Source of the DNA: Candidatus Eiseniibacteriota bacterium
GTDB lineage: Bacteria; Eisenbacteria; RBG-16-71-46
NCBI GenBank assembly: GCA_963725865.1
Contig: CAVSAC010000010.1
Coordinates: 736,001 to 800,000, forward strand
Reading direction: 5' to 3'
DNA: 64,000 nt
Below the pieces are notes generated by a model, which searched no databases, had not been told where the DNA came from, and worked only from the letters and a program-made list of their open reading frames with translations. The translations under genes were made by a program, and so were the position numbers. This document shows, piece after piece, positions 29,802-40,292 of this stretch. The first letter of the stretch is position 1. Every line of letters begins with the position of its first letter.

Positions 29802-30502
29802 GCGAGCGCCACCTGAGCCTGATCGAGATCGCGAGCGCCGCGAGCTGGGCGCCGGACGATCCGCGCCGCCTCCATCTCGAGGCCTGCGCGCGCTGCCGGA
29901 TCGTGCACCGGCGCCACCAGCAGTTCGTGACGCCACCCACCCACGTGCCGGAAGCCGAGCTGCGCGACGCCGAGGCGCGGCTGCGGGCGTTCGTGGCCGG
30001 AGCGGTCGAAGACGCCGGCGCCGGCGCGCCCGCGCGGCCCCTCCCATCGCCGCTGCCGCTGCCGCGACCGGAGCGCCGCGCGTCCGCGTGGCGCGTGCCC
30101 GTCGCATTCGCGGCGGCCGCGGCGGTGCTGGTGGTGGCGGGCGCGTTGCTGTGGCCGGAGCTCGCGATCCGCGACGAGCGCGCGAGCGGCCGGCTGCGCG
30201 GAGGAACGCGCGGGCCGGCGACCGTCGCGCCGGTGCGCCGGGCGCCGCGCACGCTCGCCGACGGCGGCGTCGCGCTGGGCTGGAGCCGCGTCCCCGGCGC
30301 GGACGGCTACACCGTGCGACTCTTCACGCCCGAGCTGCGCGCGCTCGAGTCGCGCGAGGCGGCGCGCGAGACGGTGCTGGTGCTGGCTGCCGGCTCGATC
30401 GCGGGGGCGGGGCCCGGCGACACGCTGCTGTGGCGCGTCGAGGCGCGGCGCGGCGCGCAGCGCATCGCGCAGTCCGACCTCGGCACGCTGCGCGCGCCGT
30501 GA
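29798..30502 (+). CDS. Zinc-binding (HxxxCxxC) transmembrane anti-sigma factor with extracytoplasmic Ig/FN3-like domain
   Basis: GTGA overlap with sigma; HLEACARC; TM VPVAFAAAAAVLVVAGALLW; W..VPGADGY...WRVEA domain. Confidence 0.8.
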   Translation: MSERHLSLIEIASAASWAPDDPRRLHLEACARCRIVHRRHQQFVTPPTHVPEAELRDAEARLRAFVAGAVEDAGAGAPARPLPSPLPLPRPERRASAWRVPVAFAAAAAVLVVAGALLWPELAIRDERASGRLRGGTRGPATVAPVRRAPRTLADGGVALGWSRVPGADGYTVRLFTPELRALESREAARETVLVLAAGSIAGAGPGDTLLWRVEARRGAQRIAQSDLGTLRAP

Positions 30503-30554
30503 GGACGCGCGGTGCGCGGACGTCCACGCCGCGCGCCGGCTCGCACTTCCGGGA

Positions 30555-30583
30555 TTGAATCGCCGCGCCGCGTTCTCTACGCT
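30555..30583 (+). promoter_or_regulatory. Sigma70-type promoter TTGAAT-N17-TACGCT, (near-)leaderless spmAB transcript
   Basis: Canonical spacing; ATG 9 nt after -10 element; no RBS. Confidence 0.55.
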
Positions 30584-30592
30584 GCGGTTGGC

Positions 30593-31822
30593 ATGCTCAA
30601 CTGGATCTGGGCGGCGTTCTTCCTGATCGCCTTCGTCGTCGCGCTGGTGCAGGCACTGGCGTTCGGACGCCCCGACGTGCTTCGCGACGTCGTGGGCGCG
30701 CTGTTCGATTCCTCCAAGACCGGCTTCGAGATCGCGATCGGCCTGACCGGCGTGATGAGCCTGTGGCTCGGGCTCATGAAGATCGGCGAGAAGGCCGGTG
30801 TGATCGAGACCATCGCGCGCCTGGTGCGCCCGGTGTTCCGCCGCCTGTTCCCCGGCATCCCCGACGGCCATCCGGCGGCCGGCGCGATGGTGATGAACCT
30901 CTCCGCCAACGCGCTCGGACTCGACAACGCCGCCACGCCGCTCGGGCTCAAGGCCATGAAGGAGCTCGAGACGCTCAATCGCGAGCCCGGGCGCGCCACC
31001 GACGAGATGATCCTGTTCATGGTGATCAACGCCTCGTCGGTGACGATCCTGCCGATGACCATCTTCACGTTCCGCGCCCAGCTCGGCGCGCACGACCCCA
31101 CCGACGTGTTCGTGCCGATCCTGATCGCGACCTACGGCAGCCAGATGACCGGACTGCTCACGACCGCCGCGGTGCAGCGGATCCGGCTGTGGGACCCGGT
31201 CGTGATCGGATGGCTCGCGCTGCTCACGGCGACCGTCGGCGGCATGGTCGCGTACTTCATGCGGCTCTCGCACGACCAGGTGGCGGTGCAGTCGGGGCTG
31301 CTCGCGAACGGCCTGCTGCTCGCGGTGATCACGTTGTTCCTGGCCGCCGGCGCGCGCCGCAGGCTGCCGCTCTACGAGACCTTCATCGAGGGCGCCAAGG
31401 AGGGCTTCCAGGTCGCGGTCAGCATCATCCCGTTCCTGATCGCCATCCTGGTGGCGGTCGGCGCGCTGCGCGCGAGCGGCGCGCTCGACGCCGCGCTGGG
31501 CGCGATCCGCGCCGGCGTGGGCTCGCTGGGGCTGGACGCGCGGTGGGTGGACGCGATGCCGGTGGCGCTCATCAAGCCGCTGTCCGGCGGCGGCGCGCGC
31601 GGCCTGATGGTGGAGACCATGAAGACGCTCGGGCCCGACTCCTTCCCGGGGCGCCTCGCGTGCATCATCCAGGGCAGCACCGAGACCACGTTCTACGTGC
31701 TCGCGGTCTACTTCGGCTCGGTCGGCATCAAGCGCATCCGCCACGCGCTGCCCTGCGCGCTCGCCGCCGAGGCGGCCGGGGTGATCGGCGCGATCTTCGT
31801 CGCCTACCTGTTCTTCGGCTGA
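30593..31822 (+). CDS. SpmA/SpmB fusion (nucleoside-recognition Gate-domain membrane protein)
   Basis: MLNWIW start, ANALGLDNAATPLGLKAM, GSTETTFYVLAVYFGSVGI. Confidence 0.9.
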   Translation: MLNWIWAAFFLIAFVVALVQALAFGRPDVLRDVVGALFDSSKTGFEIAIGLTGVMSLWLGLMKIGEKAGVIETIARLVRPVFRRLFPGIPDGHPAAGAMVMNLSANALGLDNAATPLGLKAMKELETLNREPGRATDEMILFMVINASSVTILPMTIFTFRAQLGAHDPTDVFVPILIATYGSQMTGLLTTAAVQRIRLWDPVVIGWLALLTATVGGMVAYFMRLSHDQVAVQSGLLANGLLLAVITLFLAAGARRRLPLYETFIEGAKEGFQVAVSIIPFLIAILVAVGALRASGALDAALGAIRAGVGSLGLDARWVDAMPVALIKPLSGGGARGLMVETMKTLGPDSFPGRLACIIQGSTETTFYVLAVYFGSVGIKRIRHALPCALAAEAAGVIGAIFVAYLFFG

Positions 31823-31911
31823 GCGTCCGCGGCGCAACCGCTCGCCGGCCCGCGCATCCAATGGGCGCGGCCGCGAAACCCCACCCGGACGGACCCCCAG
31901 GAGATTCGGTG

Positions 31912-32559
31912 ATGGCAGGACGGAAGGTCGGTGTGCTCGGCTCGGGAGCGGTCGGCGAGACGCTCGCGAACGGCTTCCTGAAGTACGGCGACGAGGTGAT
32001 GCGCGGCAGCCGCGACCCCGCGAAGCTCGAGGGCTGGCGGTCCACTGCCGGCCCGCGCGCTTCGGTCGGCACCTTCGAGGCCGCGGCGCGCCACGGCGAG
32101 GTGGTGGTGCTCGCGCTCAAGGGCACCGCCGCGGAGTCGGTGGTGAAGTCGGTCGCGGGCGCGCTGGCCGGCAAGGTGGTGATCGACACCACGAATCCGA
32201 TCGCGGAATCACCCCCGCAGGACGGCGTGATCCGCTACTTCACCGACATCAACGAGTCGCTGATGGAACGCCTGCAGGCGCTGGCGCCGCAGGCGCGCTT
32301 CGTGAAGGCGTTCTCGTGCGTGGGGAACGCGCTGATGGTCGATCCCGCGCTGCCGTCGAAGCCCACCATGTTCATGTGCGGCAACGACGCGGCCGCCCGG
32401 GCCACGGTGCAGGAGATCCTGACGCGCTTCGGCTGGGAATGGGACGACTGCGGGACCGCGGTCGCCGCGCGCGCGATCGAGCCGCTGGCGATGTTGTGGT
32501 GCATCCCGGGCTTCCTGCGCAACGACTGGGTGCACGCGTTTCGTCTGCTGCGGCCTTAG
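31912..32559 (+). CDS. NADP oxidoreductase, F420-dependent (NpdG-like) family
   Basis: GSGAVG Rossmann motif, GSRDP, GKVVIDTTNP, VKAF, ARAIEP. Confidence 0.85.
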   Translation: MAGRKVGVLGSGAVGETLANGFLKYGDEVMRGSRDPAKLEGWRSTAGPRASVGTFEAAARHGEVVVLALKGTAAESVVKSVAGALAGKVVIDTTNPIAESPPQDGVIRYFTDINESLMERLQALAPQARFVKAFSCVGNALMVDPALPSKPTMFMCGNDAAARATVQEILTRFGWEWDDCGTAVAARAIEPLAMLWCIPGFLRNDWVHAFRLLRP

Positions 32560-32595
32560 CGCCGCCCGGCGGGGGACTCCTGCGGCCGGGCGGCG
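32560..32595. terminator. Hairpin between convergent genes
   Basis: cgccgcccggc / gccgggcggcg, 11-bp stem. Confidence 0.45.
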
Positions 32596-32610
32596 TCTGC
32601 GGTCGACGGT

Positions 32611-33051
32611 CTAGTCGCGGTCGTGCTCGCGCACGTGCTCGTGGCCCCGCCGCTCGGCCATCTCGCGGCGCTGGCCCCGCGCCGGACCCATGCGATGCGG
32701 GTGGTGCTTCCAGTGGCGATCGGGCACCCGCCAGACCGCGACGGGCACCGCGCGGTCCTGGACGCGCATGAACGGGCCGCGCCACGACGAGCACCGGTAC
32801 CAGTGGTCGTCGCGCATCACCCACCACGCGTCGCGATAGCGGAACATGTCGTCGTTGCAGCGCCGATCCTGCACGACGTAGACGTCGGCATCGCGCACGT
32901 ACACCACATCCGGCTGCGTGCGGTAGCTGAACCGCAGCGTCGTCGGACCGTCGGAGATCCGGGCGTCGACCCCGACCGAGGACTGCGCGTGCGCCATCAT
33001 CGGCAGGGCACCGATCAGGGCGATTGCCATCCAGATTCGAGCTTCCCGCAT
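32611..33051 (-). CDS. Hypothetical secreted protein with His/Arg-rich tail
   Basis: GAGGAGG RBS, signal peptide (AHA-Q), DMFRY..WW....WYR..SWRGPF segment. Confidence 0.75.
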   Translation of the reverse strand: MREARIWMAIALIGALPMMAHAQSSVGVDARISDGPTTLRFSYRTQPDVVYVRDADVYVVQDRRCNDDMFRYRDAWWVMRDDHWYRCSSWRGPFMRVQDRAVPVAVWRVPDRHWKHHPHRMGPARGQRREMAERRGHEHVREHDRD

Positions 33052-33345
33052 GACTCCTCCTCGCCGCCGTCGAGCCACCCCCGTCCGGGGAGCGGAGCGG
33101 CGGTCAGCGGATCTCGCAGCGTCCGTGCCAGCGCCCCCCGGGAGCCCGCGCCCCGAGCAGTCGCAATGGGTTCGCCCGCGGGATGTTCGCGAGGGCACGA
33201 GCCGCGGTCGGGAGTTTCGCATCGTCGTCGCGCGTCGGCCACGCCGCCGGGCGCCGACGCCGCTGGCGGGTTTGCTAGGATGACCCGGTCCGCGGCCGCA
33301 CCACCGCAACCGCACTCCACCTGTCATCCGTCACGGAGGACTCTC

Positions 33346-34236
33346 ATGGTCGCCCGGGCCTGGATCGCCGCCGCGCTGTTGCTCGCCGCCCCCGCCGCAC
33401 GCGCCGAGGACCCGCACGCCGGCCACGCGCACGAGCCCCCTCCTGCGTCCGCGACCGCACCCGCCGCCCGCGAGCCCGGGCTGCCGCCCGGCGAGGAGTC
33501 CGCGCGCGCGGCGCTCGACCAGTCGCCGCGGCACGGCGAGTTCGTGGACGTCGCGGTACCCGGCAGCGCGACGCCGATCCGCACCTGGGTGGTGTACCCC
33601 GAGCGTCGCGAGAAGGCGGGCGTGGTGCTGCTCATCCATGAGATCTACGGCCTCAGCGACTGGCTGCGCGCGGTCGCCGACCAGTGCGCGCGCGAGGGCT
33701 TCATCGCGGTGGCGCCCGACCTGATCTCGGGCTTCGGCCCGGGCGGCGGCGGCACCGAGTCGGTCGCGAGCCGCGATTCGGTGGTGCAGCTGGTGCGCAA
33801 CCTCACGTCGGAGCTCACCCGCGCGCGGCTCGACGCGGTGACCGACTGGGCCTCGCGCATCCCGTCCGCGAACGGCCGCGTGGCGACGCTCGGTTTCTGC
33901 TGGGGCGGCGGACGCTCCTTCGAGTACGCCGCCCTCCAGCCGCGGCTGCGGGCGGCGGTGGTCTACTACGGAGCCTCACCCGACAGCGCGTTGCTGCCCG
34001 AGGTGAAGGTGCCGGTGCTCGGCCTCTACGGCGGCGACGACGCCCGCGTGGACGCCACCATCGAGCCGGCGAAGCGCGTGCTGGACCGCCTCCATCGCCG
34101 CTACGAGCCGCATGTCTACGAGGGCGCCGGCCACGGCTTCCTGCGCGCGCAGAGCCTGCGCGACGGCGCCAACCAGAAGGCCGCCCGGCAGGCGTGGCCG
34201 CGCACGGTGACGTTCCTGCGCCGCTACCTGGAGTAG
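33346..34236 (+). CDS. Dienelactone hydrolase family protein, exported
   Basis: HEIYG, GFCWGG, D..V, GAGHGF. Confidence 0.9.
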   Translation: MVARAWIAAALLLAAPAARAEDPHAGHAHEPPPASATAPAAREPGLPPGEESARAALDQSPRHGEFVDVAVPGSATPIRTWVVYPERREKAGVVLLIHEIYGLSDWLRAVADQCAREGFIAVAPDLISGFGPGGGGTESVASRDSVVQLVRNLTSELTRARLDAVTDWASRIPSANGRVATLGFCWGGGRSFEYAALQPRLRAAVVYYGASPDSALLPEVKVPVLGLYGGDDARVDATIEPAKRVLDRLHRRYEPHVYEGAGHGFLRAQSLRDGANQKAARQAWPRTVTFLRRYLE

Positions 34237-34398
34237 GTCGCCGTCGTGCCGGGTCCGCGTCCGTGACCGCACTGGACGCGGACCCGGTCGCGGGCGTATC
34301 AGTACCTGCGCGCGGGCACCTCCCCGGTCCCGCGTCCCGGATCTCGATGCCCGGTCCCCCCCCCGGCGACGCGTGAACCCACTGCCCAGGAGTCGCCG

Positions 34399-35490
34399 GT
34401 GGCGTCCCGCCGCACGTCCCACCCGCAGCCGCTCGCCCGCCGCACGCTCGCACTCGCCCTGGCCGCCGTCGCCGTCGCGGGCGCGCTCGCGCTGCTCGCC
34501 GCGACGCCGCGCGCCCAGGAACCGCCGCCGGCACCCGCCAATCCGCACGGGCGCTTCCAGGGCGACTGCTCGGAATGCCACAGCGCCGACGCGTGGCGGC
34601 CCGCCCGCATCAGCCGGCGCTTCGACCACCGCAAGCGGTCGGGCTTCGCGCTCACCGGCGCGCACCTGGCCGCCGGCTGCCGCGCGTGCCATGCCTCGCT
34701 CGACTTCACGCAGGTCCAGCGCGAGTGCGTCGCCTGTCACCTCGATCCGCACGTGGGCGAGTTCGGTCCCGACTGCGCGCGCTGTCACACCACGCGCACC
34801 TTCATCGACCGCGCGGGCTTCGTCCGCATGCACCAACTCACGCGCCTGCCGCTGGTCGGCGGGCACGCCGCCCTCGACTGCCAGGCGTGCCATCCCCCGG
34901 TCTCGCAGGGACACGCCCGCTACGCCACCGCGTCGTCCGGTTGTCGTGACTGCCACGCGCCCGGCACCCAGCCCGACCATCGCGGCTTCTCCTCCGACTG
35001 CGCGACCTGCCACACGATGATGGCGTGGCGCCCGTCGCGGTTCGACCACTCGCGCACCGGCTTCCCGCTCACGTGTCCGCACCGCGCGCCGATCGCGTGC
35101 GTGGCGTGCCACGGCACCCCGTGGACGAACGCGGTGCCGCGGGACTGCGTCGCCTGTCATCGCGCGGCGTACGACGCCACCACCACCCCGGCACACGCCG
35201 CCGCCGGCTTCCCCACCGCGTGCGCCAGCTGCCACAAGGTGAGCGTCTGCGGGTGGACCGGCGCCAGCTTCGACCACGACGGCTTCTTCCCGATCGCGAG
35301 CGGACGCCACGGCGGCATCGCGTGCGCGACCTGTCACACGGTGAGCAGCGACTACGGGCAGTTCAGCTGCCTGAGCGGCGGCTGTCACCCGCAGGCCGAC
35401 ACCGACGGGCGGCACGGCGGCGTCCGCAACTACCGCTACGACAGCCAGGCCTGCTACGGCTGCCACCCGCGCGGCGCGGGCGGGGGTTGA
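34399..35490 (+). CDS. Multihaem cytochrome c (12 CxxCH plus 1 CX4CH)
   Basis: Motifs counted by hand; repeated FDH..GF.L.G.H units; signal peptide. Confidence 0.9.
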   Translation: MASRRTSHPQPLARRTLALALAAVAVAGALALLAATPRAQEPPPAPANPHGRFQGDCSECHSADAWRPARISRRFDHRKRSGFALTGAHLAAGCRACHASLDFTQVQRECVACHLDPHVGEFGPDCARCHTTRTFIDRAGFVRMHQLTRLPLVGGHAALDCQACHPPVSQGHARYATASSGCRDCHAPGTQPDHRGFSSDCATCHTMMAWRPSRFDHSRTGFPLTCPHRAPIACVACHGTPWTNAVPRDCVACHRAAYDATTTPAHAAAGFPTACASCHKVSVCGWTGASFDHDGFFPIASGRHGGIACATCHTVSSDYGQFSCLSGGCHPQADTDGRHGGVRNYRYDSQACYGCHPRGAGGG

Positions 35491-35492
35491 CG

Positions 35493-37091
35493 ATGCGGGG
35501 CCGGCGGCTGGTCGCCCTGCTCGCACTCGCGAGCGCGCTCGCGGCGCCCGCGCGCGCCGCGCGCGTGAGCTATGTCACCGGTGGATCGGTGTACGTGGAC
35601 GCCGGCGAAGCCGAGGGACTCCGCGCCGGGGACAGCCTCGGCGTGCTGCGCGGCGGAGCGCGGATCGCGGGCCTGCTCGCCAACTACGTCACGTTCCACC
35701 GCGCGGTCTGCGACACCGCGTGGACCGCGGCGGCGGTGCAGGTCGGCGACTCGGTGTTCTTCTCGCCCCACGTGATCGCGGTCCCGCCCGCTCCTGTGGC
35801 GGTCGCGCCACCGGGCAGCGCACCCCGGGACAGCGCGCGCGGACGCGCGGCCGCGGGGCTCGGCCGCCCGGCCGGGCTGCACGGACGGCTGGGCGCGCGC
35901 CTGTTCGCGGTCACCACCGACGGCGGCGGCCGGCTCACCCAGCCGGGCGGCGACGTACGACTCGAAGGCACCGAGCTCGGCGGCAGCCCGCTCGAGGTGG
36001 CGGCGGACTTCCGCGGCCAGCACGTGGTCAGTCGTCCGGCCGGAGGCGCCACCGTGACCGACACGCGGGGCGCGCTCTACCGCCTGACGCTCGGCGTCCG
36101 TTCCGCCGACGATCGCCGCCGCGTCACGGTCGGCCGCATGGTGGCGCCGGGCCTGGCCTCGCTCAGCCTGTTCGATGGCGCGCTGGCCGAGAGCCGCGGC
36201 GCGCGCTGGGATCTCGGCGCGTTCGCGGGCGTGCAGCCCGAGCCGCTGCGCCTGCGATTCGCGAGCGACGTCGTACAGGGCGGCGCGTTCGCGCGCTGGC
36301 ACACCACGACCGCGACCGTGCGCCGCACGCTGCTGGCCGGGCTCGCCTCGTCGACCTCGCACGGGCGGCCCGACCGCGACTTCGCGTTCCTGCAGGGCGA
36401 CTACGGCGACCGCACGGTCCGCGCGAGCCTGCAGCAGGAGGTCGATATCAACCGCGGATGGCGGCGCGAGCGCGGCGGGTCCGCGCTCACCGCGAGCGGG
36501 ACGCATGCGGATCTCACGCTCCATCTGCGGCCCCCGGGGCTCGCGCGCGGCCCGGCCCGCCGCATCACGGTGTTCGGCGGCTTCGACAGCCGCCGCAACG
36601 TGTGGGTGTACCGCGATCGCGCCACTCCCGAGACCGAGTTCGACGATCGCCTGCGCCAGGGCGCGTGGGCGGGCCTGGCACTCGACGGCGCGGACCACCT
36701 GCGCCTGAGCGGCGACGCGCGGGTCTCCACGATCGCCGGCGGAGAGCGCCAGACCGGCTGGTCGGCGGCGATCGAGGGCTCGCGCCTCGGCGCCGCGAAT
36801 CTCGGGCTGCGGGCGCGGATCGCCCGCCTCACCGGAGCGGGGCTCGTCAACCTGCTCGCCTCGGTGGGGGCGGGGCTCGACCCCAGCGACTGGGCGCACC
36901 TCGAGGTGACCGGCGGGCTGCGCCGCACTCACGACGACGTGGCCGCACTCACCGACGAGGTGCGCTGGGAGGGCGTGGACCTCGACGTGTCGCTGCCCCG
37001 GCGCACGTACCTCGACGCCTCGTTCGAGAACGACCACGGCGGAGCGGATCCGAGTCGGCAGGTGTACGCCAGCCTCTCGTGGCGATTCTAA
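35493..37091 (+). CDS. Outer-membrane beta-barrel protein, putative cytochrome-associated porin
   Basis: Starts 2 nt after cytochrome stop; signal peptide; amphipathic strands; C-terminal beta-signal VYASLSWRF. Confidence 0.75.
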   Translation: MRGRRLVALLALASALAAPARAARVSYVTGGSVYVDAGEAEGLRAGDSLGVLRGGARIAGLLANYVTFHRAVCDTAWTAAAVQVGDSVFFSPHVIAVPPAPVAVAPPGSAPRDSARGRAAAGLGRPAGLHGRLGARLFAVTTDGGGRLTQPGGDVRLEGTELGGSPLEVAADFRGQHVVSRPAGGATVTDTRGALYRLTLGVRSADDRRRVTVGRMVAPGLASLSLFDGALAESRGARWDLGAFAGVQPEPLRLRFASDVVQGGAFARWHTTTATVRRTLLAGLASSTSHGRPDRDFAFLQGDYGDRTVRASLQQEVDINRGWRRERGGSALTASGTHADLTLHLRPPGLARGPARRITVFGGFDSRRNVWVYRDRATPETEFDDRLRQGAWAGLALDGADHLRLSGDARVSTIAGGERQTGWSAAIEGSRLGAANLGLRARIARLTGAGLVNLLASVGAGLDPSDWAHLEVTGGLRRTHDDVAALTDEVRWEGVDLDVSLPRRTYLDASFENDHGGADPSRQVYASLSWRF

Positions 37092-37259
37092 GTGACGAGC
37101 GGGCGGCATCCGCCGCCGACCCGCGGCACGGCGGCCCGCTCGCGCCGGTGGCCGCCGGGTTGCGCCGACTCCGCGGAACCCGCACACTGCGCGATCGCGA
37201 CTCCGCAGCGGAGACCTCATCACCTCGCTTCCTCCATCCCCCGTGCATGAGAGGATTCG

Positions 37260-38165
37260 ATGCCCCAGCCCGAACAGCTCATCCACTGGCCCGACCCGCT
37301 GTTCGAACTGGTCGGCTTCCTCGCCTCGTTCCTGTCCTCGGGCGCGATCGGATTCCGCTACGGGGTGCTCGCGCGCCTGGCGCCGCCGCCCGCGGGCGCG
37401 CTGATGGCCGACGAGCAGCGCCTGCGCGCCGACGCGATCCATCGCGCGGCGCTGCTGGGAACGATCGGCATCCTGGTCAGCGCGGCGCTGCTGGGGCTAC
37501 AGCTGCCGGAACTCGCCGGGCGCCGGCACCTGACCGTCCTCCAGCTGGCGCTCGGGAACGCGATGGTGGGATCCCAGATCACGCTGCTGGCGATGGCGGT
37601 CGTCGGCTTCGTGCTGGCAAGCGTGCGCTGGAACCCGGGCTGGCTGCTGGCCGCCGCGGGAGTGCTGATCGGACCGATCCGCGCGGCGCTGTTCGGCCAG
37701 TACGAGCGGTTGCTGAGCCCGGTGCACGAGCTGGCCGCCGGGATGTGGATCGGCACGCTGTTCATGCTGGTGGTGGTGGGGATGTCCGCGACGCTGCGCA
37801 GCACCATCCCCTCGGCCCGTCGCGGAGTGGTGGTGGCCGACATGGTGTCGCGCTTCTCGCCCCTCGCGCTGGCGTCGGGGGCCGTGCTGATCCTGTTCGG
37901 CCTGCTGACCGCGTGGAGCCACCTCAAGACTCTGGATGCGCTGTGGACGACGCCCTACGGCTTCGCCCTCATCGCCAAGCTGTGCGTGGTGGGCACGGTA
38001 TTCGGGTTCGGCGCGTTCAACTGGCTCCGCCAGCGGCCGCGCCTCGGCACCGAGGCCGGCGCGCGCGCGATCCGCAGCTCCGCGACCGGCGAGCTGCTGA
38101 TCGCGATGGTCGTGCTGCTGATCACCGCGGTGCTCGTCAGTCTGCCCACGCCCGGCGACTCCTGA
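37260..38165 (+). CDS. CopD-family inner-membrane protein
   Basis: H.LAAGMWIG, RFS.LA, TPYG..L.AK, GAFN motifs. Confidence 0.8.
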   Translation: MPQPEQLIHWPDPLFELVGFLASFLSSGAIGFRYGVLARLAPPPAGALMADEQRLRADAIHRAALLGTIGILVSAALLGLQLPELAGRRHLTVLQLALGNAMVGSQITLLAMAVVGFVLASVRWNPGWLLAAAGVLIGPIRAALFGQYERLLSPVHELAAGMWIGTLFMLVVVGMSATLRSTIPSARRGVVVADMVSRFSPLALASGAVLILFGLLTAWSHLKTLDALWTTPYGFALIAKLCVVGTVFGFGAFNWLRQRPRLGTEAGARAIRSSATGELLIAMVVLLITAVLVSLPTPGDS

Positions 38166-38264
38166 GCGGCACGCCCCGCTCGCGCGGGCGCGATGGCAGC
38201 CGGCGAGGCGACGCTCCGCGGCCGGTTGGACAAAACCATTCGGATGCCGTTTCCTAGGCGCCCT

Positions 38265-40127
<1,863 letters not shown>

Positions 40128-40292
40128 AGTCGCGGCGCGACGGGTCGACCGCACGAGCGCCGCCCGCTCGCCCGGTCGCGCCGGCGGAAATCCGACCGGA
40201 GCGCCGCCCGGACCTCACGCAATCCTCGCATCGAACGCCGCGAGCCGCTAATCTAGCGCGCGCACGCGGCTGCACGACCGCACGGCCGCACC

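Noticed and set aside
13473..30502. CHAT proteases as part of a CRISPR type III-E/Craspase or antiphage locus
   Set aside because: No cas genes, arrays or SAVED/CARF domains in the window; both CHATs appear exported.
30593..31822. spmAB as evidence of sporulation
   Set aside because: SpmAB fusions are common in non-sporulating diderms; no other sporulation genes here.
31912..32559. F420 metabolism
   Set aside because: The family name alone does not imply F420 use; no F420 biosynthesis genes in the window.
33306..37203. Other ECF-like promoters (GCAACC-N17-CGTC before the hydrolase; GGAACC-N17-CGACTC before copD)
   Set aside because: Single occurrences with no matching second copy; cannot be distinguished from chance by eye.
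38226..38255. Promoter TGGACA-N17-TTTCCT before glnS
   Set aside because: The -10 element lacks the conserved A; too weak to call.
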